Positions 28,805-39,513 of a DNA stretch of 64,000 nt are shown here, piece by piece. A program made the position numbers and the translations under genes. Location: contig JAZRFC010000087.1 in assembly GCA_045661145.1 (NCBI GenBank), positions 4,431-68,430 of the forward strand, in the 5' to 3' direction. The notes beneath the pieces were generated by a model. The model was not told where the DNA came from and did no database searches. It saw only the letters and a list, made by a program, of their open reading frames with translations. This DNA comes from Clostridia bacterium (GTDB taxonomy: Bacteria; Bacillota; Clostridia; UMGS1883). Position 1 is the stretch's first letter. Every line of letters starts with the position of its first letter.

Positions 28805-30172
28805 ATGAAGCTTTGTGAAAAATACAATCTTTCTACGGCAATTGCAATGGTAATTGGCTCCGTTATTGGCAGCGGTGTGTTTTTTAAGGCAGAGACAGTT
28901 GCCCGCATAACTCACGGCAACGGAAGAATGGGACTTCTGGCGTGGAGTATGGGCGGACTTAGTATGATGGTGTGTCTTTTAAGCTTTTCAATAATTGTGT
29001 CAGAAACAAAAAGATGTGACGGATTGCGGGGGATTGGAGAGATAACAGTAGGCGAGGGATACTCATATTATCTGGGGTGGTTTATGGCAACTGTCTATTA
29101 TCCTGCTCTTGCGAGTGTTCTTTCATGGCTTAGTGCAAGGTACAGTCTGCTGGCAATAGGGATGGGGGACAGCAGCGGAGGATTGTGTATGCTTCTGGCA
29201 GGACTTTTCCTTGTAATAAGCTTTGCACAAAATTCACTTTCCCCGAAACTGTCGGGGAGTGTACAGAAGATAACAACCGTTATTAAACTTATTCCCCTTG
29301 TTTTGATGATAATATTTGGTATCAGGAGAGGGGTAACATCAGACACCCTGTATAATAATCTGTTTCCTATGCATCAGACAAACACGGTGGGAAACACCTT
29401 TCTCCCCTCAGTGAGTGCAGTTATGTTTGCCTATGAGGGGTGGATAGCCGCCCTCAGTATCGGAAAAGAACTTAAAAACAGCAGAAAAAATCTCCCTTTG
29501 GCACTTGTGCTTGGCGGTGTATCGGTGCTTTTGGTTTATGTCCTTTATTATATGGGGATTATGGGTGCTGTTTCATCGGATATTCTCCTTAATTACGGAA
29601 GCGACGGAATAAAAATTGCATTTTCAAATGTTTTGGGAAATGCATCGGGGCTTCTGCTTGGTTTTGTTGCAATTTCGTGTATAGGTGCATTAAACGGAAT
29701 GATGTTCAGTTTAGGCCGGGCGGTGTATTTTGTCAGCAAAGACGGTCAGGGCCCGTCGCCCAAACTTTTTTCCGAACTAAACCCTGTAAGCGGAATGCCC
29801 GTAGCATCATTTTCCTTGGGGCTTGTGTTTTCGGTCCTGTGGCTGTTTTTCCTTTTTGGAACACAAATATCTGAGGAGGCCCTTTTCGGGAAATTCGGGT
29901 TTGATATATCGGAGATTCCTGTAGTAACTGTCTACGGAATGTATATTCCCGTATTTTTTTCCTTTTTAAAAAAATGGGGGAGAAAAATATCACCGTTGAA
30001 GAAATTTGTGGTCGGTATGGGGATAATCGCTTGCATTTTTACTGCAATCTGTGCAATATACGCACATTTTACTGATATGACAGATTATATTCTTGTGTTT
30101 GTTGCCATAATGCTTGCAGGAAGCCTGTTCAGAAAAGGGGATGTAAAAAAAGTCCAGAACGCAAAAAGATGA
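28805..30172 (+). CDS. APC-superfamily amino acid permease
   Basis: About 12 TM segments. N-terminal LSTAIAMVIGSVIGSGVFFK is the APC signature region. Confidence 0.8.
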   Translation: MKLCEKYNLSTAIAMVIGSVIGSGVFFKAETVARITHGNGRMGLLAWSMGGLSMMVCLLSFSIIVSETKRCDGLRGIGEITVGEGYSYYLGWFMATVYYPALASVLSWLSARYSLLAIGMGDSSGGLCMLLAGLFLVISFAQNSLSPKLSGSVQKITTVIKLIPLVLMIIFGIRRGVTSDTLYNNLFPMHQTNTVGNTFLPSVSAVMFAYEGWIAALSIGKELKNSRKNLPLALVLGGVSVLLVYVLYYMGIMGAVSSDILLNYGSDGIKIAFSNVLGNASGLLLGFVAISCIGALNGMMFSLGRAVYFVSKDGQGPSPKLFSELNPVSGMPVASFSLGLVFSVLWLFFLFGTQISEEALFGKFGFDISEIPVVTVYGMYIPVFFSFLKKWGRKISPLKKFVVGMGIIACIFTAICAIYAHFTDMTDYILVFVAIMLAGSLFRKGDVKKVQNAKR

Positions 30173-30259
30173 TAATAATACGGAATATAGAAAGTTTATA
30201 ATTGCAATTTGTGTTAAATTGGTTGAAAAATCTCAATTTATTCGATTTTTCTGCTTTTT

Positions 30260-31396
30260 TTAATACAACCAAGCGGAATTAGTATCCGTATTTATCGCAT
30301 CTGTTCCGTATAAGAATAATAGCTCGTCAATGTCATTTTCTTTAACAAATTCACTTACAGGGAAGCGGTAGTATCTTAAATCTATCATATAAATATTTTC
30401 GTACTCGCAGGACAGAAAGTTTGCAGTACAATGAGCGTAGGAATCCTTTATAATGAGAAGATTTTTTCCGCTTTTCGACTTGTTTCTGATTTTCGTAAGT
30501 GCATGGTTTCCGTCGGCAAAGACGGGGTATTTATCGTCATTTTCAAGATGCTCCCTGAAAAAGAAGCTATCGTGAGTTTTTTCGTATTCTTTTCCGTTTG
30601 ATATGCTTACCTCCAAATCAAACCCCGAATGCCAAAGCTCTATATCCTCTCCTTTTGTCAGGAAATATCCGCTTGAAGCACGGGTCGTTCCGCAGAAATT
30701 TTTGTGTGTTTCTATGTTGAATTTTCCTTTGCCAAGGGGGTTGAGTCCTGCCTCTTTCATAAACTCAGAATACAGTATATAACAGCCATATGATGTCAGG
30801 TGATGGTCTGTTTTGTAATAGACTGTATTTCCGCTTTCAAAAGCACTTTTAAGTGAATCCCTTACATCTGTGAGTTGCGTGTTGGAGAGAATTTCCTCTG
30901 CTTTTGAAAAAATATAATCATCGCAGTAGAGGGCATTTTTATCGGGAACAATTTCTGACATGACATACCCGGGAGACGGAACAATAATCATTCTGGAGGG
31001 AAGCTTTACTTCTTTTGAAAAATCCTCAAAACGGGACAGATTATTAATTATATTTTTTTCATTAAGGGGTTTTGGGGCATTGATAAGATAACCCTCACGG
31101 CACATATAAACATCTTCAAGAATGTTTCCACCCTCAAGTAGCTTCATATAAGAATTTGCCCCTACAAAAAAGCTTCTTCCGAAGATTCTGTCTTCCAGAT
31201 ATTTTTCCGAGCCTTTAAGATATGTTGTATCCAGAAGCGTGTTGACGGAAAACATCGGCATTTTGGCAGTATTGCGCTTCTCGTTTTCAAGGTAGTTTGT
31301 TTGCGGTGCGGTTATAAGGGTTACGATTGAAACCACGCCTATAAACAACACAAAAACAAGAATTATTATTAAGCTTTTAATATTTTCTTTTTTCAT
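30260..31396 (-). CDS. DHHW-family (AlgX/DltD-like) extracytoplasmic acyl-transfer partner protein
   Basis: N-terminal anchor. YYKTDHHLTSYG motif (DHH[WL] family). Located immediately downstream of an MBOAT gene. Confidence 0.7.
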   Translation of the reverse strand: MKKENIKSLIIILVFVLFIGVVSIVTLITAPQTNYLENEKRNTAKMPMFSVNTLLDTTYLKGSEKYLEDRIFGRSFFVGANSYMKLLEGGNILEDVYMCREGYLINAPKPLNEKNIINNLSRFEDFSKEVKLPSRMIIVPSPGYVMSEIVPDKNALYCDDYIFSKAEEILSNTQLTDVRDSLKSAFESGNTVYYKTDHHLTSYGCYILYSEFMKEAGLNPLGKGKFNIETHKNFCGTTRASSGYFLTKGEDIELWHSGFDLEVSISNGKEYEKTHDSFFFREHLENDDKYPVFADGNHALTKIRNKSKSGKNLLIIKDSYAHCTANFLSCEYENIYMIDLRYYRFPVSEFVKENDIDELLFLYGTDAINTDTNSAWLY

Positions 31397-31405
31397 AGTA
31401 ACACC

Positions 31406-32794
31406 TTAAAATCTGAAATAGAGGAAAGGATTGTAGCTTTCACTTACAAGGGATGCTGTGCAAAGCACAAGAGCAAGAACAACAAGGCACAGCTTTACGG
31501 GAAACTCTGCACTCTTACCTTTGAGCTTTTCATAAAGCTTTGCAAAAAGCGGGGTAGAGGCAACGGCACCTAAGGCAAGAAGCGGAATCCACGCAATATT
31601 TTGCGGATGACTTCCCAAAAGACCGTTTGCTTTCCCAAACATTGCACAAAGGTATCCACGGGCATTGGCAAAACTTTCCGATGCAAAGAATATCCATCCG
31701 ACAATCACAACAAGTATGGTATAAATCCGTGATATGAATACGGGAAGCTTGTCAAAAAGTTTATTTAGGACAAGCTTTTCGGCAAGCAGAATCACTCCGT
31801 AGTATATTCCCCAGCAAATAAAGTTAAGTCCTGCTCCGTGCCAGAGTCCCGTCAGCGACCATACTATCATAATATTGAGTACAAAACGGAGCTTTCTAAC
31901 TCTGTTTCCCCCAAGGGGTATGTAAACATAGTCACGGAACCATGTGCTAAGGGATATGTGCCATCTTCTCCAGAAGTCGGTAACGGTTTTTGCAATGTAA
32001 GGATAATTGAAGTTTATACAGAATTCAAATCCCATCATTCTTCCAAGACCGCGAGCCATATCGGAGTATCCTGCAAAGTCAAAATATATCTGGAATGTAT
32101 ACGCCAGAGCCCCAAGCCACGCACCAAGGATACCAAACTCATTTGGTGTCGCACTTACCGATGTCCACAAAACACCGAAACGGTTGGCAAGAAGAACTTT
32201 TTTTGACAGACCGATGAGAAACAGACAAATACCGCTTTCAAAGTTTTTCAGGGATTCTTTTCTGTCACCAAGCTGGTCGCTTACATCACTGTATCTGACA
32301 ATGGGACCTGCGATGAGCTGAGGGAAAAGTGAAATATATGCGGCAAAATCTATGATGTTTCGTTCGGGTTTGCAGGTGTTACGGTACACATCAATAACAT
32401 AGCTCATTGCCTGAAATGTATAAAATGAAATTCCGATAGGGAGAATAACCTCATGAACGGGTATCTGGTGAAGATAGGGGAGCTTCCTCAGTAAATCCAG
32501 CACCATACCTGTGTACTTGAAATATCCGAGTGCCGCTAAATTAAGTACAACAAAGACAGCAAGCAAAAGCTTTCTTTGCCTGCTGTCTTTACTTTTTTCT
32601 ATAACGAGAGCCCCCGTGTAATTCAGAACAATTGATGCAATCATCAAAAGTACGTAAACAGGTTCTCCATATGCATAAAATACAAGGTTAACCGCTAAAA
32701 GGAACAGATTTCTCACCTTTTTGGGCAATACGTGATACAAAATCAGTACTGCAGGCAGAAATATAAACAAAAACGGTATGCTTGAAAAAACCAT
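31406..32794 (-). CDS. MBOAT family O-acyltransferase (AlgI/DltB-like)
   Basis: 462 aa, polytopic. Conserved FWRRWHISLSTWFRDYVYIPLGG catalytic-His region. Confidence 0.9.
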   Translation of the reverse strand: MVFSSIPFLFIFLPAVLILYHVLPKKVRNLFLLAVNLVFYAYGEPVYVLLMIASIVLNYTGALVIEKSKDSRQRKLLLAVFVVLNLAALGYFKYTGMVLDLLRKLPYLHQIPVHEVILPIGISFYTFQAMSYVIDVYRNTCKPERNIIDFAAYISLFPQLIAGPIVRYSDVSDQLGDRKESLKNFESGICLFLIGLSKKVLLANRFGVLWTSVSATPNEFGILGAWLGALAYTFQIYFDFAGYSDMARGLGRMMGFEFCINFNYPYIAKTVTDFWRRWHISLSTWFRDYVYIPLGGNRVRKLRFVLNIMIVWSLTGLWHGAGLNFICWGIYYGVILLAEKLVLNKLFDKLPVFISRIYTILVVIVGWIFFASESFANARGYLCAMFGKANGLLGSHPQNIAWIPLLALGAVASTPLFAKLYEKLKGKSAEFPVKLCLVVLALVLCTASLVSESYNPFLYFRF

Positions 32795-32823
32795 GGAAAA
32801 ACATTCCTTTCAAAAGGAAGCTT

Positions 32824-33441
32824 TTATTTTACATAACTGTCAAATATTGACTTCATTTTTGCGTGCTGGGGAGCAAGGAACATTGAAACGAATGTCCCCT
32901 TTTTGCCTACCGTGCATTGCTGGGCGAGGGCGTAATTTTCGGGGTCGTAGGATTTGGACTGTTCTTTAACCTCAGAAAGTCTGATACCGAGAAGAACCTG
33001 AATCATTTCAGCGGCTTCCTCGGAAACAGCTTCAATCATAACGATTTCGTCAGGGAAAGCCCCTTCAATGGTAACAAAGGAAGCCGCCTGCTTAACAAGA
33101 GAAGTATCTATTCCGTAAAGACTTTCAAGTCTTGCAGTCGGAACATCAAGAGGGTCAACAACACCTGCACCTGACACAATTGCATTTTTAACTGTGGCTA
33201 AATCTACAGAAGGAGCCTTAACTTCTTCCTTAGAAACCGGCTCTTCGGAGAGTGCTTCCTCGGAGGTTTCCTCTGCTTCCTCTGGGGTATCGGGTGTATT
33301 TTCAGCCTCAGCAGGCTGTGTTTCTTCTGTTACTTGTTTTGCATTTTCTTCTTCAGTCACGGGAACTCCCTTTACTCCGCAACCGCTGAAGCATACTGTA
33401 AAGAGAATTACTGCAACCAGGAATATACTGAGCTTTTTCAT
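32824..33441 (-). CDS. Lipoprotein, DUF4358-like
   Basis: Lipobox FSGC, acidic Glu/Pro-rich linker, and a C-terminal domain resembling DUF4358 from memory. Confidence 0.5.
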   Translation of the reverse strand: MKKLSIFLVAVILFTVCFSGCGVKGVPVTEEENAKQVTEETQPAEAENTPDTPEEAEETSEEALSEEPVSKEEVKAPSVDLATVKNAIVSGAGVVDPLDVPTARLESLYGIDTSLVKQAASFVTIEGAFPDEIVMIEAVSEEAAEMIQVLLGIRLSEVKEQSKSYDPENYALAQQCTVGKKGTFVSMFLAPQHAKMKSIFDSYVK

Positions 33442-33460
33442 AGTTTTTCTTCCTCCAAAA

Positions 33461-34828
33461 TTATCTTAATTCTTCAGGAACATGTGTCCTTAAATAATCA
33501 ATCCATACCATATCACCGGTTTTGGTGAAGTGGATACCCATACCGCCGAAATCACTGCAGTATTCTTTTATCAGGTAGCCGTCAGGTCCGGTAACAACCT
33601 CGGAAATATTGATAAAATACCATTTGTTGTCTTTACAAACCTGTTCAAGACGGGCATTGTACTGAGCTATTTTGGTATTGTTAAGCTTTGAACCTTTTAT
33701 ATTACTGCTGGTGGCAATGGGAGTAACTGACTGCATAAAAATCTTTACATGGGGAGATTTTTCAAGAATTCTGTTGGCGAGAGTTACAATGTTTCCTATT
33801 TCCTCCTCAACGCCAAAGCTGATTCCATTCATTCCCAGCATTATGTAAACTTTATCGACACCGCTTGCCAAAACAGCATCCTCAATTGTCATCTTTACGC
33901 CCTTATATGAGGGGTGGATGGCGTTTGTTGTGTTGAGAGGCTGCAGGGCGTTACGGGCACTCATACTGCCGGCGCAAAGGAAAGTTGCGTTTCCCAGCTC
34001 TCCCGTAGCGGCACAGTAATTTTTAAGTGAAAGGGTTACGGAGTCGCCTACAAGAGCGCAATTGTCAAAATAGCTTATATCAACGGCAGGACCTTGCACA
34101 ACACGGGGAACAAAAAATGAAATATATGAGTCATACAAGCTGTCATAAAAATTGGGTGCAGTATTTATTGCGGAGCCGATGCCCTTTGAATCTGCCGCTT
34201 TTTTAAACTTGTAAATAATTGATGCAACTTCATTTTTCTTAATGGGTCGGTAGGGGTAAAAATATCCGTTTTCGTAACCGTTTATCATATCAGCCATTTT
34301 GCAGACAGCTACTGCTGAACGGGCATAAGCATTTACATCAAGCGAATCCTTGAATTGGTCAGGCTCATTAACCTTTTTCAGCCCTATGTCAAATTTATGA
34401 GCATAACGTATGACAAAGGTTGCAACCTGCTCTCTCGTAATATTTTTATCTGCGCCGAAAAGGTCAGGGTAAATACCTGCCGCAATACCGTTTTCGTATG
34501 CCCAGCAGATTGCATTGTAATACTTATCCTCAGGGGATATATCTGCAAAGGGACACTCTTTTTGAGGAGTGTAGCTATTGTCCTCGAAAAGGTACATCAT
34601 ATAGAGATAATTGATAACTCCTGCACGGGTTTCATATTTCTCGGGGAAAAACTCCTCTGCATCCTCAATAATATCTGCTTTGTTAAGGGCGGAAACTGCT
34701 TCGTGAAACCACATTTCCTCGGAAACATCGGAAAAGGGGTTTTCCCACGGTGCTTCCGTTTGCGCACATATGGGGAGCAGACAGAGCATCAATACTATAC
34801 ACAAGGGGAGTATCAAACGCTTTCTCAT
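33461..34828 (-). CDS. SLH-repeat protein with C-terminal SGNH/GDSL hydrolase domain
   Basis: Signal peptide after Met 34828. Three SLH-like repeats (e.g. ITREQVATFVIRYA). SGNH block I motif LVGDSVT. Confidence 0.65.
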   Translation of the reverse strand: MRKRLILPLCIVLMLCLLPICAQTEAPWENPFSDVSEEMWFHEAVSALNKADIIEDAEEFFPEKYETRAGVINYLYMMYLFEDNSYTPQKECPFADISPEDKYYNAICWAYENGIAAGIYPDLFGADKNITREQVATFVIRYAHKFDIGLKKVNEPDQFKDSLDVNAYARSAVAVCKMADMINGYENGYFYPYRPIKKNEVASIIYKFKKAADSKGIGSAINTAPNFYDSLYDSYISFFVPRVVQGPAVDISYFDNCALVGDSVTLSLKNYCAATGELGNATFLCAGSMSARNALQPLNTTNAIHPSYKGVKMTIEDAVLASGVDKVYIMLGMNGISFGVEEEIGNIVTLANRILEKSPHVKIFMQSVTPIATSSNIKGSKLNNTKIAQYNARLEQVCKDNKWYFINISEVVTGPDGYLIKEYCSDFGGMGIHFTKTGDMVWIDYLRTHVPEELR

Positions 34829-34956
34829 CCTAAAGACCACTCTTTCTGGGTGAATATTATAGAAATAATAATAACACAAATTACAGAAAAAAACAATATT
34901 TTTTGTCAAAATAAGGATAAAAAAGTTAATATATTGAAAATAAAAAGAAATCTGTA

Positions 34957-34989
34957 TAAAAAATCCCGGAAAGATATTTCTTTCCGAGA
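34957..34989 (-). terminator. Rho-independent terminator after cls
   Basis: TCTCGGAAAGA...TCTTTCCGGGA stem on the minus strand, followed by TTTTTT. Confidence 0.7.
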
Positions 34990-34996
34990 TTGAAAT

Positions 34997-36535
34997 TTAC
35001 ATAAGAGGGGCAAAAAGCCTTAGTAATGCATTGAGAATTTTCTTGAAAATATTAGGACTTGTACAGCTTTGGGGAGTTATCACTGTACATTTTTCAAGGG
35101 TGCCTTCAAAATCTTTTTTCACGGAAGCAACAACGGGACAATCCAGAAACCAAGCCGCACATTCGAAGTGGAGATACAAGCTTCTGAAGTCAAGATTGAT
35201 ACTTCCCACCACCGAAACCTCATCATCGCTTAAGAAGGTTTTTCCGTGGATAAAACCTGGATCATATTCATAAAGCTTTACTCCTGCATCCAGAAGCTCT
35301 TTGTAATAACTGTAACCCACAGCTCTGACATACCAATGGTCCGCCACTCGCGGGCAGATTATTTTTATGTCAATTCCGCTGTATGCGGCGTTTGTAAGTG
35401 CCACCACCATCTCGTGGTCGAGGACAAGATAGGGAGTGGTGATATAGACATATTTTTTCGCTTTGTTTATTATGTCCAGATACACCGTTTCGCCTGTCTG
35501 AAATTTGTCGTGAGGCATATCACAGTAGGGCATAACGTAACCGCAATATGATTCATTTTCCGTATCAGCCGTAAATTCAGGTTCAAAAAGGGTTATATCC
35601 TCACTTCGGTATGAAACATGATTCCAGAGAGTAAGGAACATCCGTGAAAAACAAAATGCCGCTTCCCCCTTAATCATAACCGACATATCTTTCCATTGTC
35701 CTTGAGGATAATTTATGTTTATATATTCATCGGAAAGATTTGCTCCGCCCGTATAAGCAACTATTCCGTCAATAACCATAATTTTTCTGTGGTCACGGTT
35801 GTTCTGGAGAGCAGAAAGAAACGGCGTGAAGGGGGAGAATACCCTGCACTTTATACCGTAGCTTTCAAGAAATTTGGGGTATTTTTTCGGAAGAGTGACC
35901 ATGCTTCCCATTCCGTCATACATAACCCTGACATCTACGCCCTCCGCGGCTTTCTTCTTCAATATTTCTAAAATGGAATCCCACATTTGTCCTTCGCCGA
36001 TAATGAAAAATTCAATAAATATATACTTTGTTGCTTTCTGAAGCTCAGACAGCATACTGCTGAACATATCCTCCCCCTGAGGAAAATACTCTGCAGAGGA
36101 TACCTTATATGCATTCATTCCCGACACATTGTTGATATATTTTACAATGGATGAGCGATGGGGAAATTTTTTGGATATTTCCTTGGAAACTTCTTCTTTT
36201 TGGGGATATTTTCCGTTAATCTCTTTTTCCAGAGCCGAAAGGCTCTGAAAGTAGTTTTTGGTATGCATCTGTCCCGTGATAAAAAGGTAAAACAGGCCGC
36301 CAAACAGAGGCACCATAAGAATCGGGACAACCCACGCCAGCTTATACGAGGGGTTGGAGTGTCTGTTTATAATAATAACTACGGTAATGATACTTATTAT
36401 CTGTAACGCTATATCAAAATAAATAAAATATTCGCTGATACGCATAAGAGAAGCAACTATTGCCAAAAACTGCAGTATGAGAAAAATACTTACAATCGTT
36501 GCCTGACTGAACAGCCCTTTTAGAAATTTACGCAT
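34997..36535 (-). CDS. cls: Cardiolipin synthase
   Basis: Two N-terminal TM segments and two HKD motifs (HRKIMVIDG and HGKTFLSDD). Confidence 0.9.
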   Translation of the reverse strand: MRKFLKGLFSQATIVSIFLILQFLAIVASLMRISEYFIYFDIALQIISIITVVIIINRHSNPSYKLAWVVPILMVPLFGGLFYLFITGQMHTKNYFQSLSALEKEINGKYPQKEEVSKEISKKFPHRSSIVKYINNVSGMNAYKVSSAEYFPQGEDMFSSMLSELQKATKYIFIEFFIIGEGQMWDSILEILKKKAAEGVDVRVMYDGMGSMVTLPKKYPKFLESYGIKCRVFSPFTPFLSALQNNRDHRKIMVIDGIVAYTGGANLSDEYININYPQGQWKDMSVMIKGEAAFCFSRMFLTLWNHVSYRSEDITLFEPEFTADTENESYCGYVMPYCDMPHDKFQTGETVYLDIINKAKKYVYITTPYLVLDHEMVVALTNAAYSGIDIKIICPRVADHWYVRAVGYSYYKELLDAGVKLYEYDPGFIHGKTFLSDDEVSVVGSINLDFRSLYLHFECAAWFLDCPVVASVKKDFEGTLEKCTVITPQSCTSPNIFKKILNALLRLFAPLM

Positions 36536-36553
36536 AACGAATCACTCCATTAG

Positions 36554-37960
36554 TCAATAGGAAATTTCGACAGTTCTGGTATCGGGATTCCACGTTACAT
36601 CAGCATTTACAGCCTCCGAAACAAATCTGACGGGAACTACGTTGGAACCGTTTATATTAATAGGCACTGCCTCATATTCGGAAATAATTCCGTTTAAGGT
36701 GATTTCTCCCTTTGGAGTTATTATTACAGTATCGGTGTCCTTTATACACGTAACATTGCCCGTTTCCTTTTCCCAGGAAACAGTATAGTCCATCATTTCC
36801 ATAAGTGCACGGAGGGGAACATAGGTTCTTCCGTCCTTTATGATAGGTGCAGCATTGTCAAAACGCACATTTTCTGCATTATAATTTACATAAACGGGTG
36901 TGCTGAAAGGAATACCCATATACAGTGCAAAGCTTTTTGCATAAGTTCCCTGGGAAGCCTGCAACGTCATTTTACCGCAGCCTGAAAATGCATATTCATC
37001 AATCCATTCGACGCTTGCGGGGATACATATAAGTCTAAGCTCACTGCAGCTTGCAAAAGCCATGGAATCTATATAAATAACACTGTCTGACACATATACA
37101 CTGCGGAGGGCTTCATTTGCCATAAAAGCTCCGCTTCCGATAGCGGTAATTCCGTCGGGGATATCAACGTGAGTATCTCCTCCCTTGTAAGAAACCAAAA
37201 TGCCGTTTACCGTAACAAAATCAGTATCCTGTCCGTAAAGCCACGCTGTATCGTCAAAAGCACCTGCACCGATGTGTGAAACGGTAGTAGGTATAGTTAT
37301 TTTCTCAAGGTTTTTACAATGTACGAAAGCATTATCGCCGATTTTTTCTGCTGAGTAGGGAAGAATAACCTCCTTTACAGCTTCATTATATGCAAATGCA
37401 TTTGAAGCAATGGTTATTACTCCCGAGGGGATATTTACAACCTCTGCCACACCGTTGTATCGAAGAAGTGTGGAGGTCCCCAGCATTACAAATTCAGAAG
37501 AGGAATCAATAACCCAATTGGTGTTGTCAAAGGCACTTGCTTCTACATAGCCGGGAAGTCCATTCATATTGACATAGGAGAGGTTTGTACAGTTAGCAAA
37601 AGCTTTGTTTCCTATATATGAAACGGTAGAGCTTATCTCAATCCTTGAAAGATTGGGACAGGCTGCAAATGCTTCTGCAGATACCGTTGTGATTCCGTCG
37701 GGAATTATCACGCTTGTCAGCGTGGGGGAGCCTGCAAAAGCACGGTAGCCGATTGAAACAACGTTGTACCCTCCCAAAGATGTGGGTATGGTAATATCCT
37801 TAGGCTCTCCTGCAAAACCTGTAATTGTTCCTGAAGCCTTGTCAAGGAAATACAGCACGTTGCCAACCTTGTAAACAGGAATTCTGGGTGCCGCAAGGGT
37901 ATGAAAGTGTGCGGTTAATATTATAAGCAAAAGTGAAATTACAATTTTTAGTTTTTTCAT
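36554..37960 (-). CDS. Secreted BspA-type leucine-rich-repeat protein with C-terminal copper-amine-oxidase-N-like (stalk) domain
   Basis: Signal peptide. Repeated IP..V..IG..AF..C..L units. The C-terminal RTYVPLRALMEMMDYTVSW...VPVRFVSEAVNADVTW is typical of Cu_amine_oxidN1. Confidence 0.7.
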   Translation of the reverse strand: MKKLKIVISLLLIILTAHFHTLAAPRIPVYKVGNVLYFLDKASGTITGFAGEPKDITIPTSLGGYNVVSIGYRAFAGSPTLTSVIIPDGITTVSAEAFAACPNLSRIEISSTVSYIGNKAFANCTNLSYVNMNGLPGYVEASAFDNTNWVIDSSSEFVMLGTSTLLRYNGVAEVVNIPSGVITIASNAFAYNEAVKEVILPYSAEKIGDNAFVHCKNLEKITIPTTVSHIGAGAFDDTAWLYGQDTDFVTVNGILVSYKGGDTHVDIPDGITAIGSGAFMANEALRSVYVSDSVIYIDSMAFASCSELRLICIPASVEWIDEYAFSGCGKMTLQASQGTYAKSFALYMGIPFSTPVYVNYNAENVRFDNAAPIIKDGRTYVPLRALMEMMDYTVSWEKETGNVTCIKDTDTVIITPKGEITLNGIISEYEAVPININGSNVVPVRFVSEAVNADVTWNPDTRTVEISY

Positions 37961-38053
37961 TTATATCACCTCGAATTCATAATTATACAGGAAAAACGCT
38001 CTTTTGTCAAATTGGAAGAGATTTGCATAATGTATAAAGAAGGATGTGATATA

Positions 38054-38794
38054 ATGCCAAGAATATATTTAAGTCCCTCAACACAGGAGGGAAATATGTA
38101 TGTAATCGGCGGAAGTGAGGAGTATTATATGAATCTCATTGCCGATGCAATGATTCCGTATCTTAGGTCAAGCGGAATACAGTATACAAGAAATAGTCCG
38201 GGTTCGTCTGCTGCCGGTTCAATTGCTGAGTCAAACCGTGGAAATTATGATTTGCATCTGGCAATCCATTCAAACGCAGCACCCGAGGGTCAGTACGGGA
38301 CATACAGAGGAGTGGATGTGTACTATTCTCCCATAAGCACACGGGGAAGACGGGCAGCAGATATTTTTGCAAGAAACCTGAAAAGTATTTACCCGCTTCC
38401 GTCGAGGGTGCGTGCTATAAGCACAACAACTATCGGAGAGGTTACTCAGACCCGTGCTCCTGCGGTTTTTCTTGAATTGGGGTATCACGACAATGTGCAG
38501 GATGCAACATGGGTAAGCAACAACATAGACAGAATTGCTGCAAACTTAGTTCTTTCCCTGACTGAATATTTCGGGATTCCTTTTGTAGAGCCGATGACTC
38601 CTATGAGGGGTGTTGTAAATCTTACAAGCGGCACCCTCAATCTTCGTTCCCGTCCCAACCGAAGTGCAAGAATAATTGCATCAATTCCAAACGGCTCACC
38701 TCTTACTGTTGTAGGGCAGTGGCAGGATTGGTATGTAGTCAATTATCAGGGCCTCGTGGGGTATGTGGCATCGCAATATGTAAATATAGTATAA
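38054..38794 (+). CDS. N-acetylmuramoyl-L-alanine amidase (Amidase_3-like) with C-terminal SH3b domain
   Basis: LHLAIHSNA...VFLELGYHDN amidase pattern. C-terminal LNLRSRPNRSARIIASIPNGSPLTVVGQWQDWYVVNYQGLVGYV is SH3b. Confidence 0.75.
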   Translation: MPRIYLSPSTQEGNMYVIGGSEEYYMNLIADAMIPYLRSSGIQYTRNSPGSSAAGSIAESNRGNYDLHLAIHSNAAPEGQYGTYRGVDVYYSPISTRGRRAADIFARNLKSIYPLPSRVRAISTTTIGEVTQTRAPAVFLELGYHDNVQDATWVSNNIDRIAANLVLSLTEYFGIPFVEPMTPMRGVVNLTSGTLNLRSRPNRSARIIASIPNGSPLTVVGQWQDWYVVNYQGLVGYVASQYVNIV

Positions 38795-38850
38795 ACATAC
38801 TTGAAAACGGATAAAAAATGGTGTATAATTATTTCTTAGGAGATGATTAT

Positions 38851-39513
38851 ATGACAGGATTTGTGCTTACTGTATTTATTGTTCTTATTGGTTTTTTCTT
38901 AATCATGAGAATTGTAAACCGTATCCCAAAAACAGGAAGATATAACAGTGCAGCAGGTGAAAAAATTGAGGCTGTATTGACAAATGAAAACCGCACAGCG
39001 GAAAAGACTACAACAATGAAGCTTGCAGATAAAGACGGAAGAAAATACCGTGTGAAGCTGAAAGCCGACGAGGCAAGACTATGGATAAAAGGTGACACTG
39101 TGGAAATTCTTCTTTCTGAGAATAAGAGGATTTACCGCGTGTTATTCAATGATTATTTCAGAAATAATGAGGAGCGTATCCGTCAGCATGCACTAGAGAA
39201 GCTGGAGAAGAATGTAAAGCGGGGAATTATTTCAAATCGTCTGGTTGGCACCCAAAAAGAAAGCCTCCAAGCTTTTGTAAGCTCAGAGGCAGATTCACGT
39301 GTTATATTTATATTTTCAACATTTATGCGTATGATAGACTCTTACAGTATTTTTTCCATTTTTGCTACTGTACTGTTTTTAGTGTGGCGTTCAGTCGTTA
39401 GGCCTGCTTTTTCGCAAATGGCATTTCCTCTGGTAGTGGTGCTTATAACATATTTTATGATATACAGTGCAGTAATGACCTGTAAGGAATTGCTTAAGAA
39501 ATACACTAAATAA
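38851..39513 (+). CDS. Membrane protein, function unknown
   Basis: One N-terminal and two or three C-terminal hydrophobic segments. GGAG precedes ATG 38851. Confidence 0.4.
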   Translation: MTGFVLTVFIVLIGFFLIMRIVNRIPKTGRYNSAAGEKIEAVLTNENRTAEKTTTMKLADKDGRKYRVKLKADEARLWIKGDTVEILLSENKRIYRVLFNDYFRNNEERIRQHALEKLEKNVKRGIISNRLVGTQKESLQAFVSSEADSRVIFIFSTFMRMIDSYSIFSIFATVLFLVWRSVVRPAFSQMAFPLVVVLITYFMIYSAVMTCKELLKKYTK

